From positions 10,836 through 74,835 of the forward strand of contig DHSM01000016.1 in the NCBI GenBank assembly GCA_002408465.1: DNA of 64,000 nt, given 5' to 3'. Below the pieces are notes generated by a model, which saw nothing but the letters and a program-made list of their open reading frames with translations, was not told the origin of the DNA and did not search any database. Made by a program: the position numbers and the translations under genes. Positions within the stretch are counted from its first letter, which is position 1; each line of letters opens with the position of its first letter. Positions 45,736 through 57,157 of the stretch are shown in pieces. The DNA is from Firmicutes bacterium UBA5286 (lineage in GTDB: Bacteria > Bacillota > Proteinivoracia > UBA4975).

Positions 45736-48243
45736 ATGTTTAAGTTTATCAGGGGGCTTATGGCCGGCGATGATGCCCGGGAAATCAAACAGCTGATGCG
45801 AATTGTGGAAACTGTCAACAGCCTGGAACCCCAGTTTGAGGCCTTAAATACCGACGCTCTGGCTGTCAAAACAGGAGAGTTTAAAGAGCGCCTGTCCCGA
45901 GGGGAAAAACTGGACGACTTGCTGCCCGAGGCCTATGCCCTAGTCCGGGAAGGGGCTAAACGCGCCCTTGGTCAGCGCCATTTTGATGTGCAGGTAGTTG
46001 GAGGGATTGTCCTCCACCAGGGGCGGATTGCCGAAATGAAAACCGGCGAGGGCAAGACCCTGGCCCTGACCATGCCGGCCTATCTCAATGCTTTGTCAGG
46101 CAAGGGCGTGCATGTGGTCACCGTCAACGACTATCTTGCCCGCTTCCACAGCCAGTGGATGGGACGGGTATATAATTTGTTGAATCTGGAGGTAGGCCTC
46201 ATTGTCCATGGCATTAATCCCGAAGAGCGCCGGCAATCCTATGAGGCAGACATTACTTACGGCACTAATAATGAGTTCGGCTTTGACTATCTCCGGGATA
46301 ATATGGTGCTGTACAAAGAACATCTGGTGCAGCGCCCCCTGCATTTTGCCATTGTCGACGAGGTGGACAGCATCCTCATCGATGAGGCCCGCACTCCTTT
46401 GATTATTTCCGGGGCCATTGACCAGGATACCAGCCAGTATTACCGCTATGCCAAGCTGGTGCCCCGCCTCCGCTCCGAGACGGAGTACACATTGGATGAA
46501 AAAACCCGGACGGTGACCCTGACGGAAGAGGGCGTGGCCAAGATGGAAAAGGCCCTCAATCTTGAAAATCTGTATGATGACGTAAATATGGAGATCTCCC
46601 ATCATGTCAATCAGGCCCTGCGGGCCCATGTGCTCATGAAGAGGGACCGGGACTATGTGGTCAAGGACGGACAGGTCATCATCGTTGATGAGTTTACCGG
46701 CCGCCTGATGTTTGGCCGCCGTTATTCCAACGGCCTCCACCAGGCCATTGAGGCCAAGGAGGGCGTCAAGATCGAGCGGGAGAGCCAGACCCTGGCCAGC
46801 ATTACTCTCCAAAACTACTTCCGCATGTATGAAAAACTCTCAGGGCTAACCGGCACAGCCAAAACCGAGGAAGATGAGTTCCGTAAGATTTACGGCATGG
46901 ATGTGGTGGTCATTCCCACAAACCGGCCGATGATACGCAAGGCTTTGTCTGATGTGGTCTATCGCACTGAGAAAGGGAAATTCAAGGCGGTGGTGGAGGA
47001 AATAGTAGCGCGCCACAGCACCGGACAGCCCTTGCTGGTTGGGACAATATCCATCGAAAAATCTGAGCTCTTAAGCGATATGCTTAAAAAACGGGGTATT
47101 TCTCATGATGTCCTCAATGCCAAGCAACATGAGCGGGAAGCGGAAATAGTAGCTCAGGCGGGATGCAAAGGGGCTGTAACCATTGCCACCAACATGGCCG
47201 GCCGGGGCACGGACATCATTCTCGAAGAAGGAGTTGCCCAGCTGGGTGGCCTGCACATTCTGGGCACTGAACGCCACGAGGCCCGCCGCATCGACAACCA
47301 GCTCCGGGGCCGTTCCGGCCGCCAGGGCGATCCGGGTTCCTCCCAGTTCTTCATCTCTTTGGAAGATGATCTCATGCGCCTCTTTGGCTCCGAGCGCTTT
47401 TTGGGCATGATGGATAAGCTAGGGATGGATGATTCCATTCCCATTGAGCATCCTCTGCTTTCAAAGGCGATTGAATCCGCCCAGAAGCGGGTGGAAGGCC
47501 GCAACTTTGACATCCGCAAACATGTGCTGGAATACGATGATGTCATGAACAAGCAGCGTGAGGTCATATACCGGCAGCGCCGGGAGATTCTTGAGGGCGG
47601 AAACATTAAAAACCAGATTCTCAAGATGATTGATGATGTGATTGACAGGGCTGCTGATACTTGGGCCAGCAAAAATGTGTATGCTGAGGAATACGACCTC
47701 AAGGGACTGGCAGAATATATGGAAAGCAATGTCCTGGTTCCCGGCAGCGTCAAACAGGCTGACCTGGCAGGCAAGCACTCTGATGAAATTCGGGAATGGC
47801 TGGCCAAGCGTGTGCGGGAACTGTATGCCATCCGGGAGGAGGCAGTGGGCAGCGAGGTCATGCGGGAACTGGAGCGGGTAGTGGTGCTGCGCACTGTCGA
47901 CCGCAAGTGGATGGATCAGCTGGTAGCCATGGACGATTTGCGTCAGGGCATTGGACTCAGGGCCTTTGGCCAGAAAGATCCCCTGACTGAATACAAATTT
48001 GAGGCCTATGACATGTTCAACAATATGACGGAAAGCATTCAGGAAGAAGTGGCCCGCCTCATTCTCCGGGTGCAGTTGGCCAACAAGCCCCTGCGCCGCT
48101 CGGTGGCGGTGGCAAATCCTACTCCTCCCAGCGGAGGCGGCGGCACCGGACCAGCCAGGTCCGCCAAGACCAAGGTGGGACGCAACGATCCATGTCCCTG
48201 CGGCAGCGGGAAAAAATACAAGCGCTGTTGCGGACAGCAATAG
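45736..48243 (+). CDS. secA: Preprotein translocase ATPase SecA
   Basis: [48 protein letters not shown]. Confidence 0.98.
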   Translation: MFKFIRGLMAGDDAREIKQLMRIVETVNSLEPQFEALNTDALAVKTGEFKERLSRGEKLDDLLPEAYALVREGAKRALGQRHFDVQVVGGIVLHQGRIAEMKTGEGKTLALTMPAYLNALSGKGVHVVTVNDYLARFHSQWMGRVYNLLNLEVGLIVHGINPEERRQSYEADITYGTNNEFGFDYLRDNMVLYKEHLVQRPLHFAIVDEVDSILIDEARTPLIISGAIDQDTSQYYRYAKLVPRLRSETEYTLDEKTRTVTLTEEGVAKMEKALNLENLYDDVNMEISHHVNQALRAHVLMKRDRDYVVKDGQVIIVDEFTGRLMFGRRYSNGLHQAIEAKEGVKIERESQTLASITLQNYFRMYEKLSGLTGTAKTEEDEFRKIYGMDVVVIPTNRPMIRKALSDVVYRTEKGKFKAVVEEIVARHSTGQPLLVGTISIEKSELLSDMLKKRGISHDVLNAKQHEREAEIVAQAGCKGAVTIATNMAGRGTDIILEEGVAQLGGLHILGTERHEARRIDNQLRGRSGRQGDPGSSQFFISLEDDLMRLFGSERFLGMMDKLGMDDSIPIEHPLLSKAIESAQKRVEGRNFDIRKHVLEYDDVMNKQREVIYRQRREILEGGNIKNQILKMIDDVIDRAADTWASKNVYAEEYDLKGLAEYMESNVLVPGSVKQADLAGKHSDEIREWLAKRVRELYAIREEAVGSEVMRELERVVVLRTVDRKWMDQLVAMDDLRQGIGLRAFGQKDPLTEYKFEAYDMFNNMTESIQEEVARLILRVQLANKPLRRSVAVANPTPPSGGGGTGPARSAKTKVGRNDPCPCGSGKKYKRCCGQQ

Positions 48244-48260
48244 CCATAGAGGTGATTGGC

Positions 48261-49371
48261 ATGTTAAGCGAATATAAGGCTGAATTAGATCAGCTCGGCA
48301 AGCGGATAGAGGAAATGGGGGTCTCCCTTTGAAGTAGCTGCCAAGGGCAAAGAGGTTAAGGATCTGGAGGCCCAGATGGCCGCGGCAGGGTTTTGGGACG
48401 ACCAGCAGCGGGCCCAGTCAATTATCGCCAGGATGAATTCTTTAAAAAGAATTGTCGATTCCTGGTCAGAAATCAGCAGGGATTGCGCCGAATTGGCTGA
48501 ACTTGCCGGACTTGCCCTGCAGGAAAATGAGCCGGGCATGGCCGCTGAGATAGGCGAAGGGCTCAGCTGCCTGAAAGAGAGCTTAAATGCCTTGGAGCTG
48601 ACACAGCTTTTGGGGGACAAATATGACCGCAACAACGCCATAATCTCCCTGCACCCCGGAGCCGGCGGCGTGGAATCTCAGGATTGGGCCGGGATGCTGC
48701 TGCGCATGTACACCCGCTGGGCAGAGAAGAGGGGATTCGCTGTGGAAATCCTGGATTACCAGCCTGATGTGGAGGCGGGAATCAACAGCGCCACTCTCCT
48801 GATCAAGGGCGAATATGCCTTTGGCTATCTTAAATCCGAGAAGGGGGTCCATCGTCTGGTGCGCATCTCCCCCTTTGATTCTTCGGGACGGCGCCACACT
48901 TCTTTTGCCTCCATGGATGTGCTCCCAGAGGTGGAGGAGGATGGGGAAGTTGAAGTCAACCCCGAGGACCTGCGCATTGATACCTACCGCTCCGGGGGCG
49001 CCGGCGGCCAGCATGTCAATACCACCGATTCAGCTGTGCGGATTACCCATATTCCCACGGGCATTGTGGTCACCTGTCAGAATGAACGCTCTCAGCATGC
49101 CAACCGCTTGGCGGCCATGAAGATTCTCCTGGCTCGTCTCGCTGAGTTTCAACGTCAGGAACAGGAAGAGAAAATGGCGAAAATCCGGGGGGAGCAGCGG
49201 GAGATTGCCTGGGGCAGTCAAATTCGCTCCTACGTATTCCATCCCTACAGCTTGGTTAAGGATCACCGCACTGATGTGGAGGCCGGCAATGTAAACGCCG
49301 TCATGGACGGCGAAATCGATTTATTTGTCGATGCCTGGCTGCGCTGGCAGGCTGGTTTCAAAGAGGGCTAA
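48261..49371 (+). CDS. prfB: Peptide chain release factor 2 with programmed +1 frameshift
   Basis: 23 codons from ATG 48261 to CTT TGA A (48327-48333) with upstream GGGGG SD-like; +1 frame continues into ORF with SPF and GGQ. Confidence 0.96.
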
Positions 49372-49462
49372 TGCCCCGAAATTACAATTGATTAAGACTG
49401 GGGAGGTCTGGGGCATATACCGGCGCAGCGCTTATGCCTGCAGCTGGTAATCGCCAACGCCT

Positions 49463-50347
49463 ATGTTCAAGAAATTATTCGTGGGCTTTCGGGTTACAAA
49501 TATACTGGGCATTGCCCTGGGCTGTTTGGTGACGGCCTTGGCCATCAATTTGTTTTTGGCCCCAAATCAGGTGGCGCCGGGAGGCGCCTCTGGTTTGGCG
49601 GTGGTTATGCACCACCTGCTGGGCTTGCCTGTCAGCCTGGGACTGCTTCTTATCAATCTTCCCTTATTTATTCTGGCCTGGTTTCTCCTGGGCCCTCGCT
49701 TTGGCATCAACACTTTGGCCGGTTCTCTCCTGCTGCCGATCTTTGCCGCTCTCACCGAACACCTGGCCCCTGTAACCAGTGATTTGTTGCTGGCCTCCAT
49801 CTACGGCGGCATTATTATGGGGGTGGGGGTGGGGATTGTCCTTCGCTCCCAGGGCAGCATTGGCGGCACTACATTGGCGGCACAGCTTATACATAAGTTC
49901 AGCGGCTTTTCAGTGAGCCAGTGTCTGCTGGTCATTGACTTTATTGTCGTCACCCTGGTGGGCATTGTCTTCGATGCTGAATTGGCCCTGTACTCTCTGA
50001 TTGCCCTGGCTGTTTCCATCAAAGTTATTGACTTGGTTCAGCAGGGGCTGCGCCGGGCCAAAGCCGCCTTTATCATCAGCGACTGCGCTGAAGGAATAGC
50101 TGCAGCGGTGCTGGAGCAGCTGCAGAGGGGCGCAACCCTGCTGGAAGGCCGGGGGGCATGGAGCCGCCGGGACAAGGAGGTTCTGCTGGTGGTGGTCAAC
50201 TCTAACGAAGTAGCAAGACTCAAGGCGCTGGTGGCGGCCCGTGACCCTGATGCTTTCGTCATTGTGGCGGATATCCATGAGGTGTTGGGGGAAGGATTCA
50301 GCCGCCAAGCAATCAAAAGAGGTGAAGAGAGTGGAAGAATACGCTAA
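49463..50347 (+). CDS. YitT-family membrane protein (DUF2179 C-terminus)
   Basis: APGGASG, INLPLF, D.AFVIV.D..EV.GEGF. Confidence 0.88.
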   Translation: MFKKLFVGFRVTNILGIALGCLVTALAINLFLAPNQVAPGGASGLAVVMHHLLGLPVSLGLLLINLPLFILAWFLLGPRFGINTLAGSLLLPIFAALTEHLAPVTSDLLLASIYGGIIMGVGVGIVLRSQGSIGGTTLAAQLIHKFSGFSVSQCLLVIDFIVVTLVGIVFDAELALYSLIALAVSIKVIDLVQQGLRRAKAAFIISDCAEGIAAAVLEQLQRGATLLEGRGAWSRRDKEVLLVVVNSNEVARLKALVAARDPDAFVIVADIHEVLGEGFSRQAIKRGEESGRIR

Positions 50348-51152
50348 TTTAAGGTCCATTGCCGCTCGTCTGCGCCGGCACATTATCTCCATGGTGGCGG
50401 CAGCCAATTCCGGCCATCCCGGCGGCTCCCTGTCGGCAGTGGAAATACTCACAACCCTGTATTTTAAACTCATGAAACTTGATGTCTCCCAGCCCCGCTG
50501 GAATCAACGGGATATCTTCGTGCTCAGCAAGGGCCACGCCTCGCCGGTGTATTATGCCGCCCTGGCGGAACGGGGCTTCTTTTCCCCTGAAGAGCTGCTG
50601 AGTTTCCGCAAAATCAACAGCCGCCTCCAGGGGCATCCTGACCGGGAAAATATTCCGGGGGTGGATATGACCACCGGCTCTTTGGGTCAGGGGCTTTCCG
50701 CCGCCAACGGCATGGCCCTGGCGGCAAAGCTGGATGGGCAGGAGCAGCGCTGGGTCTATGTCCTCCTGGGAGACGGCGAGCTCCAGGAGGGCCAGGTTTG
50801 GGAGGCAGTGATGACTGCTGCCCACTATCACCTGGACAATTGTATAGCTTTTGTGGACTGGAACGGGTTGCAGATTGACGGCGAGGTCAGCCAGGTCATG
50901 AATACGTCGCCTCTCAAGGAAAAGTTCGCCGCTTTTAACTGGCATGTCCAGGAAATCGACGGTCATGACTTTGCCCAGATAATTGCCGCCGTTGAAACCG
51001 CCAAGGCGGCCAAGGGCAGGCCTTCGGCAATTATTGCCCGGACAATCAAGGGCAAGGGCGTGTCTTTTATGGAAAATCAGGCGGGCTGGCACGGGCGGGC
51101 TCCCGGCCAGGAGCAGGCCCAGCAGGCCTTAAAAGAACTGGAGGTGGAGTAA
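50331..51152 (+). CDS. Transketolase, N-terminal (TPP-binding) subunit
   Basis: GHPGGSLS, LSKGH, GSLGQG, GDGELQEG; GTG start. Confidence 0.93.
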   Translation: MEEYANLRSIAARLRRHIISMVAAANSGHPGGSLSAVEILTTLYFKLMKLDVSQPRWNQRDIFVLSKGHASPVYYAALAERGFFSPEELLSFRKINSRLQGHPDRENIPGVDMTTGSLGQGLSAANGMALAAKLDGQEQRWVYVLLGDGELQEGQVWEAVMTAAHYHLDNCIAFVDWNGLQIDGEVSQVMNTSPLKEKFAAFNWHVQEIDGHDFAQIIAAVETAKAAKGRPSAIIARTIKGKGVSFMENQAGWHGRAPGQEQAQQALKELEVE

Positions 51153-52082
51153 ATGGCAAAGACAGCCACCCGAGATGCTTATGGCAAGGCCCTTGCTCAA
51201 CTTGGGGCCGAAAATGAGCAGGTAGTGGTGCTGGATGCCGACCTGTCCGGCTCCACCAAGACGGCAGCTTTTGCTAAAGAATTTCCCCGGCGCTTTTTTA
51301 ACTTAGGCATTGCCGAGGCGGATTTAATCGGCACTGCCGCCGGACTGGCAGCAGCTGGAAAAATACCTTTTGCCAGCACCTTTGCCGTCTTCGCCGCCGG
51401 CAGGGCCTATGATCAAATTCGCGCTTCGGTGGCCTACCCCAAGCTCAATGTCAAAATTGCCGCCACCCATGCCGGTCTGACAGTAGGTGAAGACGGGGCA
51501 ACACACCAGATGAATGAGGACATCGCCCTCATGCGGGCGCTGCCCAATATGACGGTAGTGGTGCCTGCCGACGGACCGGAGGCTGGGGCGGCCACACTGG
51601 CCGTGGCCCGTCACCAAGGCCCGGTATATCTGCGGCTGGGGCGGCCGGCGGTTCCCGATATTCATGGGGAAGACTATGCCTTTGATCTCTTCAAGGCCCC
51701 TGTGCTCAGGGAAGGAGGGGATGTGGCCATTTTCGCCTGCGGCTACATGGTTCACCTGGCCCTGGAGGCAGCTGCTCAGTTGGAGAAGCAGGGAATCAGC
51801 GCGGCTGTGGTCAATGTCCATACCATCAAGCCCTTGGATAAAGAAACGGTTTTGCGCTATGCCCGCCGCTGCGGCCGGGTGATTGCCGCCGAAGAGCACA
51901 GCATCATCGGCGGCCTGGGCAGCGCCATCGCTGAGGTTCTGGGGGAAGAACAGCCCACGCACATGGTGAGAATTGGAGTCAGGGATACCTTTGGCGAGTC
52001 AGGCAAACCCGCTGAATTATTGGAAAAATACGGCCTCACCGCCGAAGCGATAGTGCAAGCGGCAAGGAAGCTGATGCAATAG
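51153..52082 (+). CDS. Transketolase, C-terminal subunit
   Basis: ATRDAYG, GIAEA, GEDGATHQ. Confidence 0.93.
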   Translation: MAKTATRDAYGKALAQLGAENEQVVVLDADLSGSTKTAAFAKEFPRRFFNLGIAEADLIGTAAGLAAAGKIPFASTFAVFAAGRAYDQIRASVAYPKLNVKIAATHAGLTVGEDGATHQMNEDIALMRALPNMTVVVPADGPEAGAATLAVARHQGPVYLRLGRPAVPDIHGEDYAFDLFKAPVLREGGDVAIFACGYMVHLALEAAAQLEKQGISAAVVNVHTIKPLDKETVLRYARRCGRVIAAEEHSIIGGLGSAIAEVLGEEQPTHMVRIGVRDTFGESGKPAELLEKYGLTAEAIVQAARKLMQ

Positions 52083-52090
52083 ATCTGGGC

Positions 52091-52142
52091 TAACTTCCAA
52101 CTTCTTATTTCGAACATCTACTCTCTAACCTCTAATCTCTAA
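52091..52142. repeat. Heptamer tandem array (reverse complement of GAGGTTA family)
   Basis: TAACTTC CAACTTC TTATTTC GAACATC TACTCTC TAACCTC TAATCTC. Confidence 0.7.
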
Positions 52143-52223
52143 AAAAGGTATTCTGCTTTTGATGTCGTAATCTAAAAGTGTTTATTTGAATTAGGTGTCA
52201 AACCAAGCGGAGGAGTGGAAAAT

Positions 52224-53261
52224 ATGGCTAATACAATGAAGGCCCTGGTCAAACATGACAGGGCAGAGGGCGCCAGGCTGGAGCAAGTCCCTGTCCCCTC
52301 ACCCAAGACAGGAGAAGTATTAGTAAAAGTCACCGCCACAGCTATCTGCGGCACAGATATTCACATTTACCAGTGGAATAAATGGGCACAGAGAAGAATC
52401 AAGCCGCCTCTGGTCTTTGGCCATGAGTTTTGCGGCGAGGTTGTGGCCCTGGGGGCAGGGGTGGACGACATTGCCCTTGGCACCCGGGTCAGCGCTGAAG
52501 GGCATTTTGTTTGCGGGAAATGTTATTTTTGCCGCACCGGCCAGGCTCACATCTGTCAGGATGTGGAGATAATCGGCGTGGATACTAATGGCTGTTTTGC
52601 AGAATATGTAAGAGTGCCCCGGGGCAATATCTGGGAGCTGGATGCTGAAATCCCCACAGAAGTGGCCGCCATCCACGACCCCTTTGGCAATGCCGTTCAC
52701 ACCGCCTTGGTGGATTCCCTCGTGGGCAACACTGTGCTCATTACCGGTTGCGGCCCCATAGGAATCATCGCTGCGGCTATCGCCAAAAAGGCAGGGGCCA
52801 GTAAGGTATTTGCCAGCGATTTGAATGATTACCGTTTGGATCTGGCCAAGAAAATGGGGGCAGACAAGGTCTACAAAGTGGGCCGGGATGATGTAGTGGC
52901 TGGTGTGCTTAAGGAAACCCACGGCCTGGGTGCAGATGTGCTCCTGGAAATGGCCGGCCATCCCTCCTCCATCAATGACGGGCTCAAGGCTCTGCGCAAA
53001 GGGGGCTGGGCGGCTTTGCTGGGGCTTCCTGCCAGCCCGGTTGAGGTGGACCTTGCCGACCAGGTTATCTTCAAGGGAATTAAAATTTACGGCATCAACG
53101 GGCGGCGCATGTTTGACAACTGGTACATGATGCAGGCTCTGCTTCGGGGCGGCCTGGATCTAACCCCAATGATCACTCACCGCTTTAAATTTGAAGAGTT
53201 TGAACAAGCTTTTGAGTTGGCCATCAGCGGCAACAGCGGCAAGATCATTCTCTACCCTTAA
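52224..53261 (+). CDS. tdh: L-threonine 3-dehydrogenase
   Basis: [22 protein letters not shown]; adjacent to kbl. Confidence 0.92.
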   Translation: MANTMKALVKHDRAEGARLEQVPVPSPKTGEVLVKVTATAICGTDIHIYQWNKWAQRRIKPPLVFGHEFCGEVVALGAGVDDIALGTRVSAEGHFVCGKCYFCRTGQAHICQDVEIIGVDTNGCFAEYVRVPRGNIWELDAEIPTEVAAIHDPFGNAVHTALVDSLVGNTVLITGCGPIGIIAAAIAKKAGASKVFASDLNDYRLDLAKKMGADKVYKVGRDDVVAGVLKETHGLGADVLLEMAGHPSSINDGLKALRKGGWAALLGLPASPVEVDLADQVIFKGIKIYGINGRRMFDNWYMMQALLRGGLDLTPMITHRFKFEEFEQAFELAISGNSGKIILYP

Positions 53262-53280
53262 GATCTGGAAAGGAGAAATT

Positions 53281-54459
53281 ATGGATACCAACAAATTGAA
53301 TTTCATTGAACCTGAACTTAATGAGCTGAAGGAAAAGGGCCTGTACAAAAATATCCGCACCATTCAATCTGCTCAAGGCGCCTGGGTGGAAATAGACGGC
53401 CGGAGAGTCCTGAACTTTTGTTCCAACAACTATTTGGGTTTTGCAGCCGACGAGCGGATCAAGGCTGCAGCCAAAGGGGCCATTGACAAGTACGGTGTCG
53501 GCCCGGGCGCCGTCCGCACCATTGCCGGCACCATGACCATCCATCAGGAACTGGAGCGGGAACTGGCTGATTTTAAAGGCGTTGAAGCCTGCCTTACTGT
53601 CCAGTCCGGTTATAATGCCAACTTGTGCGCAATTCCGGCACTGGTGGGCAAGGAAGACACCATAGTCAGCGATGAGCTCAATCATGCCAGCATTATCGAC
53701 GGCGCCCGCCTCAGCCGGGCCAAAGTAAAGGTTTATCCTCACAATGACATGGAAGGACTGGAAAAGGTCCTGCAGGGCGACCTGCAAGGCCGGGTCCTCA
53801 TCATCACTGACGGAGTCTTCAGCATGGACGGTGACATCGTCCCCCTGCCGGAGATAGTCAGGCTGGCCAAGAAGTACGGGGCTATGACTATGGTGGACGA
53901 CGCCCACGGGGAAGGCGTGCTGGGCCGGTCAGGCCGGGGGATTGTCGACCATTTTCGCCTCCATGGCCAGGTAGACGTTGAAGTGGGCACTTTTTCCAAG
54001 GCTCTGGGCGTAATGGGTGGATGCATAGCGGGCAGCGCTGCCATCGTCGAGTATATTAAACAAAAAGCTCGGCCCTTTACCTTTAGTTCCGCCCTGACGG
54101 TGCCTGATACCGCCGCCACCCTGGCGGCTGTTAGGATTTTGCAACAGAGCGGCGAACTGGTGGAACGCCTGTGGGAAAACGCCAGGATCTTCAAAGCCGG
54201 TTTGCAGAAGCTTGGTTTTAATACCGGCGTGACAGAGACTCCCATTACCCCGGTGATGATTGGTGATGCCCGGGATTCTTCGGAATTCAGCAAACGCTTG
54301 TTTAAAGAAGGCATTTTTGCTTCCACCATTGGCTTTCCTCTAGTAGCTGAAGGCAAGGCCAGAATCCGGGTCATGCTCTCAGCGGCCCACAGTCAGGAAG
54401 ACCTGGACTTTGCCCTGGATGTATTCGGAAAAGTGGGCAAGGACATGAAACTGATCTAG
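53281..54459 (+). CDS. kbl: Glycine C-acetyltransferase (2-amino-3-ketobutyrate CoA ligase)
   Basis: [31 protein letters not shown]; terminator 54467-54498. Confidence 0.92.
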   Translation: MDTNKLNFIEPELNELKEKGLYKNIRTIQSAQGAWVEIDGRRVLNFCSNNYLGFAADERIKAAAKGAIDKYGVGPGAVRTIAGTMTIHQELERELADFKGVEACLTVQSGYNANLCAIPALVGKEDTIVSDELNHASIIDGARLSRAKVKVYPHNDMEGLEKVLQGDLQGRVLIITDGVFSMDGDIVPLPEIVRLAKKYGAMTMVDDAHGEGVLGRSGRGIVDHFRLHGQVDVEVGTFSKALGVMGGCIAGSAAIVEYIKQKARPFTFSSALTVPDTAATLAAVRILQQSGELVERLWENARIFKAGLQKLGFNTGVTETPITPVMIGDARDSSEFSKRLFKEGIFASTIGFPLVAEGKARIRVMLSAAHSQEDLDFALDVFGKVGKDMKLI

Positions 54460-54531
54460 TCACAAGAAACCCTCCCTCTCACTTGGGAGGGCTTTTTTAA
54501 ATTACAAAGTATTTCATAATTGTATCATTGC

Positions 54532-54980
54532 AGGAATGCTGAGATGTGACGTTGAATAAAAGCCGAAATACTACAATATACTGTATCAGTCCCTGACAAA
54601 GCCGATGACTTTGGCAAAGAGATCTGAGATCTTTGAAAATTAAATAATCCATCCCTTAATAATAGCAGAATTTGTGGAGTATTTACTGCCAGGTTTTTCG
54701 GTTTTTCTAAAGCCTGCGCTGCAGCCAAGTATAACCAGATTCAGGTTCTTGACTATGCTAAAGTGGTAAAGTATAATTGTAGGCAGGTGGGAAACAAAAA
54801 ATAATACGCCAAAAATCCTAAAAAGAACAATGGAAAAACAGAATAAGGGGTTTTATTCGACAAGGGACTTGACTGCTTTTTTCTTTTTAGTATAATAAGG
54901 GACAAGCTAAATCATTATTCACGCAGTGCCTTATGATTTTCTTCCCTCTAAAAGCAGGAATTTCATCCTTAGCGTCGAAT
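54532..54980 (+). promoter_or_regulatory. Promoter stack for opp operon: 2 sigmaA, 2 sigmaH, 1 Spo0A box
   Basis: AGGA-18-GAAT 54532; TTGACT-17-TATAAT 54749; TGTCGAA (minus) 54856-54862; TTGACT-16-TATAAT 54869; AGGA-17-GAAT 54956. Confidence 0.7.
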
Positions 54981-55079
54981 ATAGATAAGTGAACATTTGC
55001 AAGCCCTTATTTCCATTGGTTTTAGAGCGGCTAACGCCGCCTAAAATATAGATTACATTTTATCAAGGGAGGAAACGAA

Positions 55080-56897
55080 ATGAAAAGGCTTTTGGTACTA
55101 GTGCTGGCAACGGCTTTGGTCGCTGTCTCACTGGTAGGTTGCACACCCAACTCTACCTCAGGCACTATGATTGTAGGCAGCCCTGCAATTTCCGGCGACT
55201 TTATCTACGGATTTGGCAACAGCTCCTATGACAAGTGGGTAAAGGATCTCACAGGCGGGTTTATGGGCACCCATTATGTTACCGCTGACGGTGCCTACGC
55301 TGTGAATGAGACCGTTGTCAAAGATTTAAAAATCGACAAAGATGCTGATGGCAACAAAACGTACACCTATGAATTGCAGCAAGATCTTAAGTGGAATGAT
55401 GGCGAACCTATTACAGCCAAAGACTATGTCTTCACCCTCCTCTGGGAAGCTTCTCCTGAATGGGCAGGCGCGGGCGCCACTTCCTCCAATGGAGACGGAC
55501 TCGTGGGTTACGAAGCATACCATGAAGGCGATTCTAAAGTATTTGCAGGCGTCAAACTTATCGAGGACTATAAATTTTCAGTCACCATCGATGCGGAACA
55601 GCTCCCCTATTTCTACGAAGTTGAATACGGATCCTGCAGGCCTCTTCCCATGCACGCATGGACTGTAAAGGCCGCTATCGAATCCGATGAAAATGGCTCA
55701 CAGCTAACCACCACTGCTGAAACTGAAGAGTGGACCTTAAAATATGGCACCAAGCGTATTTCTCAGACCGAACGCTTCGCGCCTACAGTAACCTGTGGCC
55801 CTTACAACTTTGTCAGCTTTGAAAACAACGCTGTCACCTTAAAGGCCAACCCGGAATTCAAGGGCGATTGGGCTGGCAAGAAACCTCAGCTTGAATTCGT
55901 CATCATCAAGTATATCAACCAGGATACTGACGTGGACCAGGTTATCAACGGCTCCGTTGACGCTGTAGTCGGTGTCATTGAAGCTGAAAAGATTGAAAAA
56001 GCCAGAAACGATGCAAACACCAAGTTCACTGATTATCCCCGTAATGGTTACGGCGGTGTATTCTTCCACTGTGACTTCAGCCCCACCAATGACCCCAACG
56101 TCCGCAAGGCTCTGGCCTATCTGATGGACCGCGATGAGATTCTCAAGAACGTCATTGGCGGCTATGGCTCTACTGTCAATGGCATGTATGGTTTCGCCCA
56201 GTGGATGTACAAGGACAACAAGGAGGCTATCGATAATCTGCCTAACTTGGTCCTAAACCAAGACTATGCCAATGACCTGCTGGATGAAACTGAATGGGTA
56301 TACGACAAGGATGGTAATGCATTCGACCGTTCCAAGGCCACGAAAGACGGCGGCTACTTCCGCTACAACAAAGAAGGCAAACCTTTGGTTGTTGAGCACC
56401 TTGGAAGCGAAGATAACAACGTCACCGACAACGTTGAAATTCAATGGAAAGCTAATTGCCCCTACGCTGGTATCGACTTCCGCCTTACTCGTTGTGACTT
56501 CTCCAAGCTTCTCAAACACTACTATGGCGGATTCGATCTAGGAGCTGAAAGGCAGTACAACAGCTTTAACTTGGCCACCGGCTTTACAGCAACTTTCGAC
56601 CCCTACTATGACTATCACTCCAAGTTCTACCATCAAATGTACATGCAGACTGAACAACTCAAAGATGACAGAATGGACGAAATCACTGTCAGGATGAGAA
56701 GGTACGAGCCCGAACAGAAACAAGAATACTCAGCTGCATGGTTGGAATTCCAGCAACTGTGGAATGAACTGCTTCCCGTAATTCCACTGTACTCCAACCA
56801 ATACCATGACATCTACAGGGGCAAGCTTAGCGGCTTCAACACCAACCCCTACCATGACTGGACAGATATTATCTGCCAGATCTCTAAAACAAAATAG
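55080..56897 (+). CDS. oppA: Oligopeptide/family-5 ABC substrate-binding lipoprotein
   Basis: Lipobox LVGC; LKWNDGEPITAKD, GPY, VRKAL; hairpin terminator 56923-56961. Confidence 0.88.
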   Translation: MKRLLVLVLATALVAVSLVGCTPNSTSGTMIVGSPAISGDFIYGFGNSSYDKWVKDLTGGFMGTHYVTADGAYAVNETVVKDLKIDKDADGNKTYTYELQQDLKWNDGEPITAKDYVFTLLWEASPEWAGAGATSSNGDGLVGYEAYHEGDSKVFAGVKLIEDYKFSVTIDAEQLPYFYEVEYGSCRPLPMHAWTVKAAIESDENGSQLTTTAETEEWTLKYGTKRISQTERFAPTVTCGPYNFVSFENNAVTLKANPEFKGDWAGKKPQLEFVIIKYINQDTDVDQVINGSVDAVVGVIEAEKIEKARNDANTKFTDYPRNGYGGVFFHCDFSPTNDPNVRKALAYLMDRDEILKNVIGGYGSTVNGMYGFAQWMYKDNKEAIDNLPNLVLNQDYANDLLDETEWVYDKDGNAFDRSKATKDGGYFRYNKEGKPLVVEHLGSEDNNVTDNVEIQWKANCPYAGIDFRLTRCDFSKLLKHYYGGFDLGAERQYNSFNLATGFTATFDPYYDYHSKFYHQMYMQTEQLKDDRMDEITVRMRRYEPEQKQEYSAAWLEFQQLWNELLPVIPLYSNQYHDIYRGKLSGFNTNPYHDWTDIICQISKTK

Positions 56898-57157
56898 AGA
56901 TACCCCGGCCAATCGCTAGAGTAAAAGAAAGAGGGATGGCATCTGCTATCCCCTTTCTTTTATCAAATTAACTTTTTATATCAATGGCTATTTTGAGAAA
57001 ATTTGTGTTTTGTGCCAATTGTTTCCGCCTCCATTTATTTGTTTTTGTGTTTTGTGAGCGCTGCAAATTGTTAGAATCAGTTCCTCATACCCTCTTTCGG
57101 AAAACCCGAAAGCTTGATGATAATTCGATAATACCGTATAAAGGAGGCTGTGTTAAT

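Noticed and set aside
52091-52142. CRISPR array or coding microsatellite
   Set aside because: 7-nt units without spacers, no cas genes, intergenic
54620-54642. CodY box AGATCTTTGAAAATT upstream of opp
   Set aside because: Four mismatches to AATTTTCWGAAAATT; too weak alone
56984-57157. 58-aa N-terminal extension of oppB in the ORF track
   Set aside because: No RBS at 56984; strong AAGGAGG before GTG 57158, where homology begins
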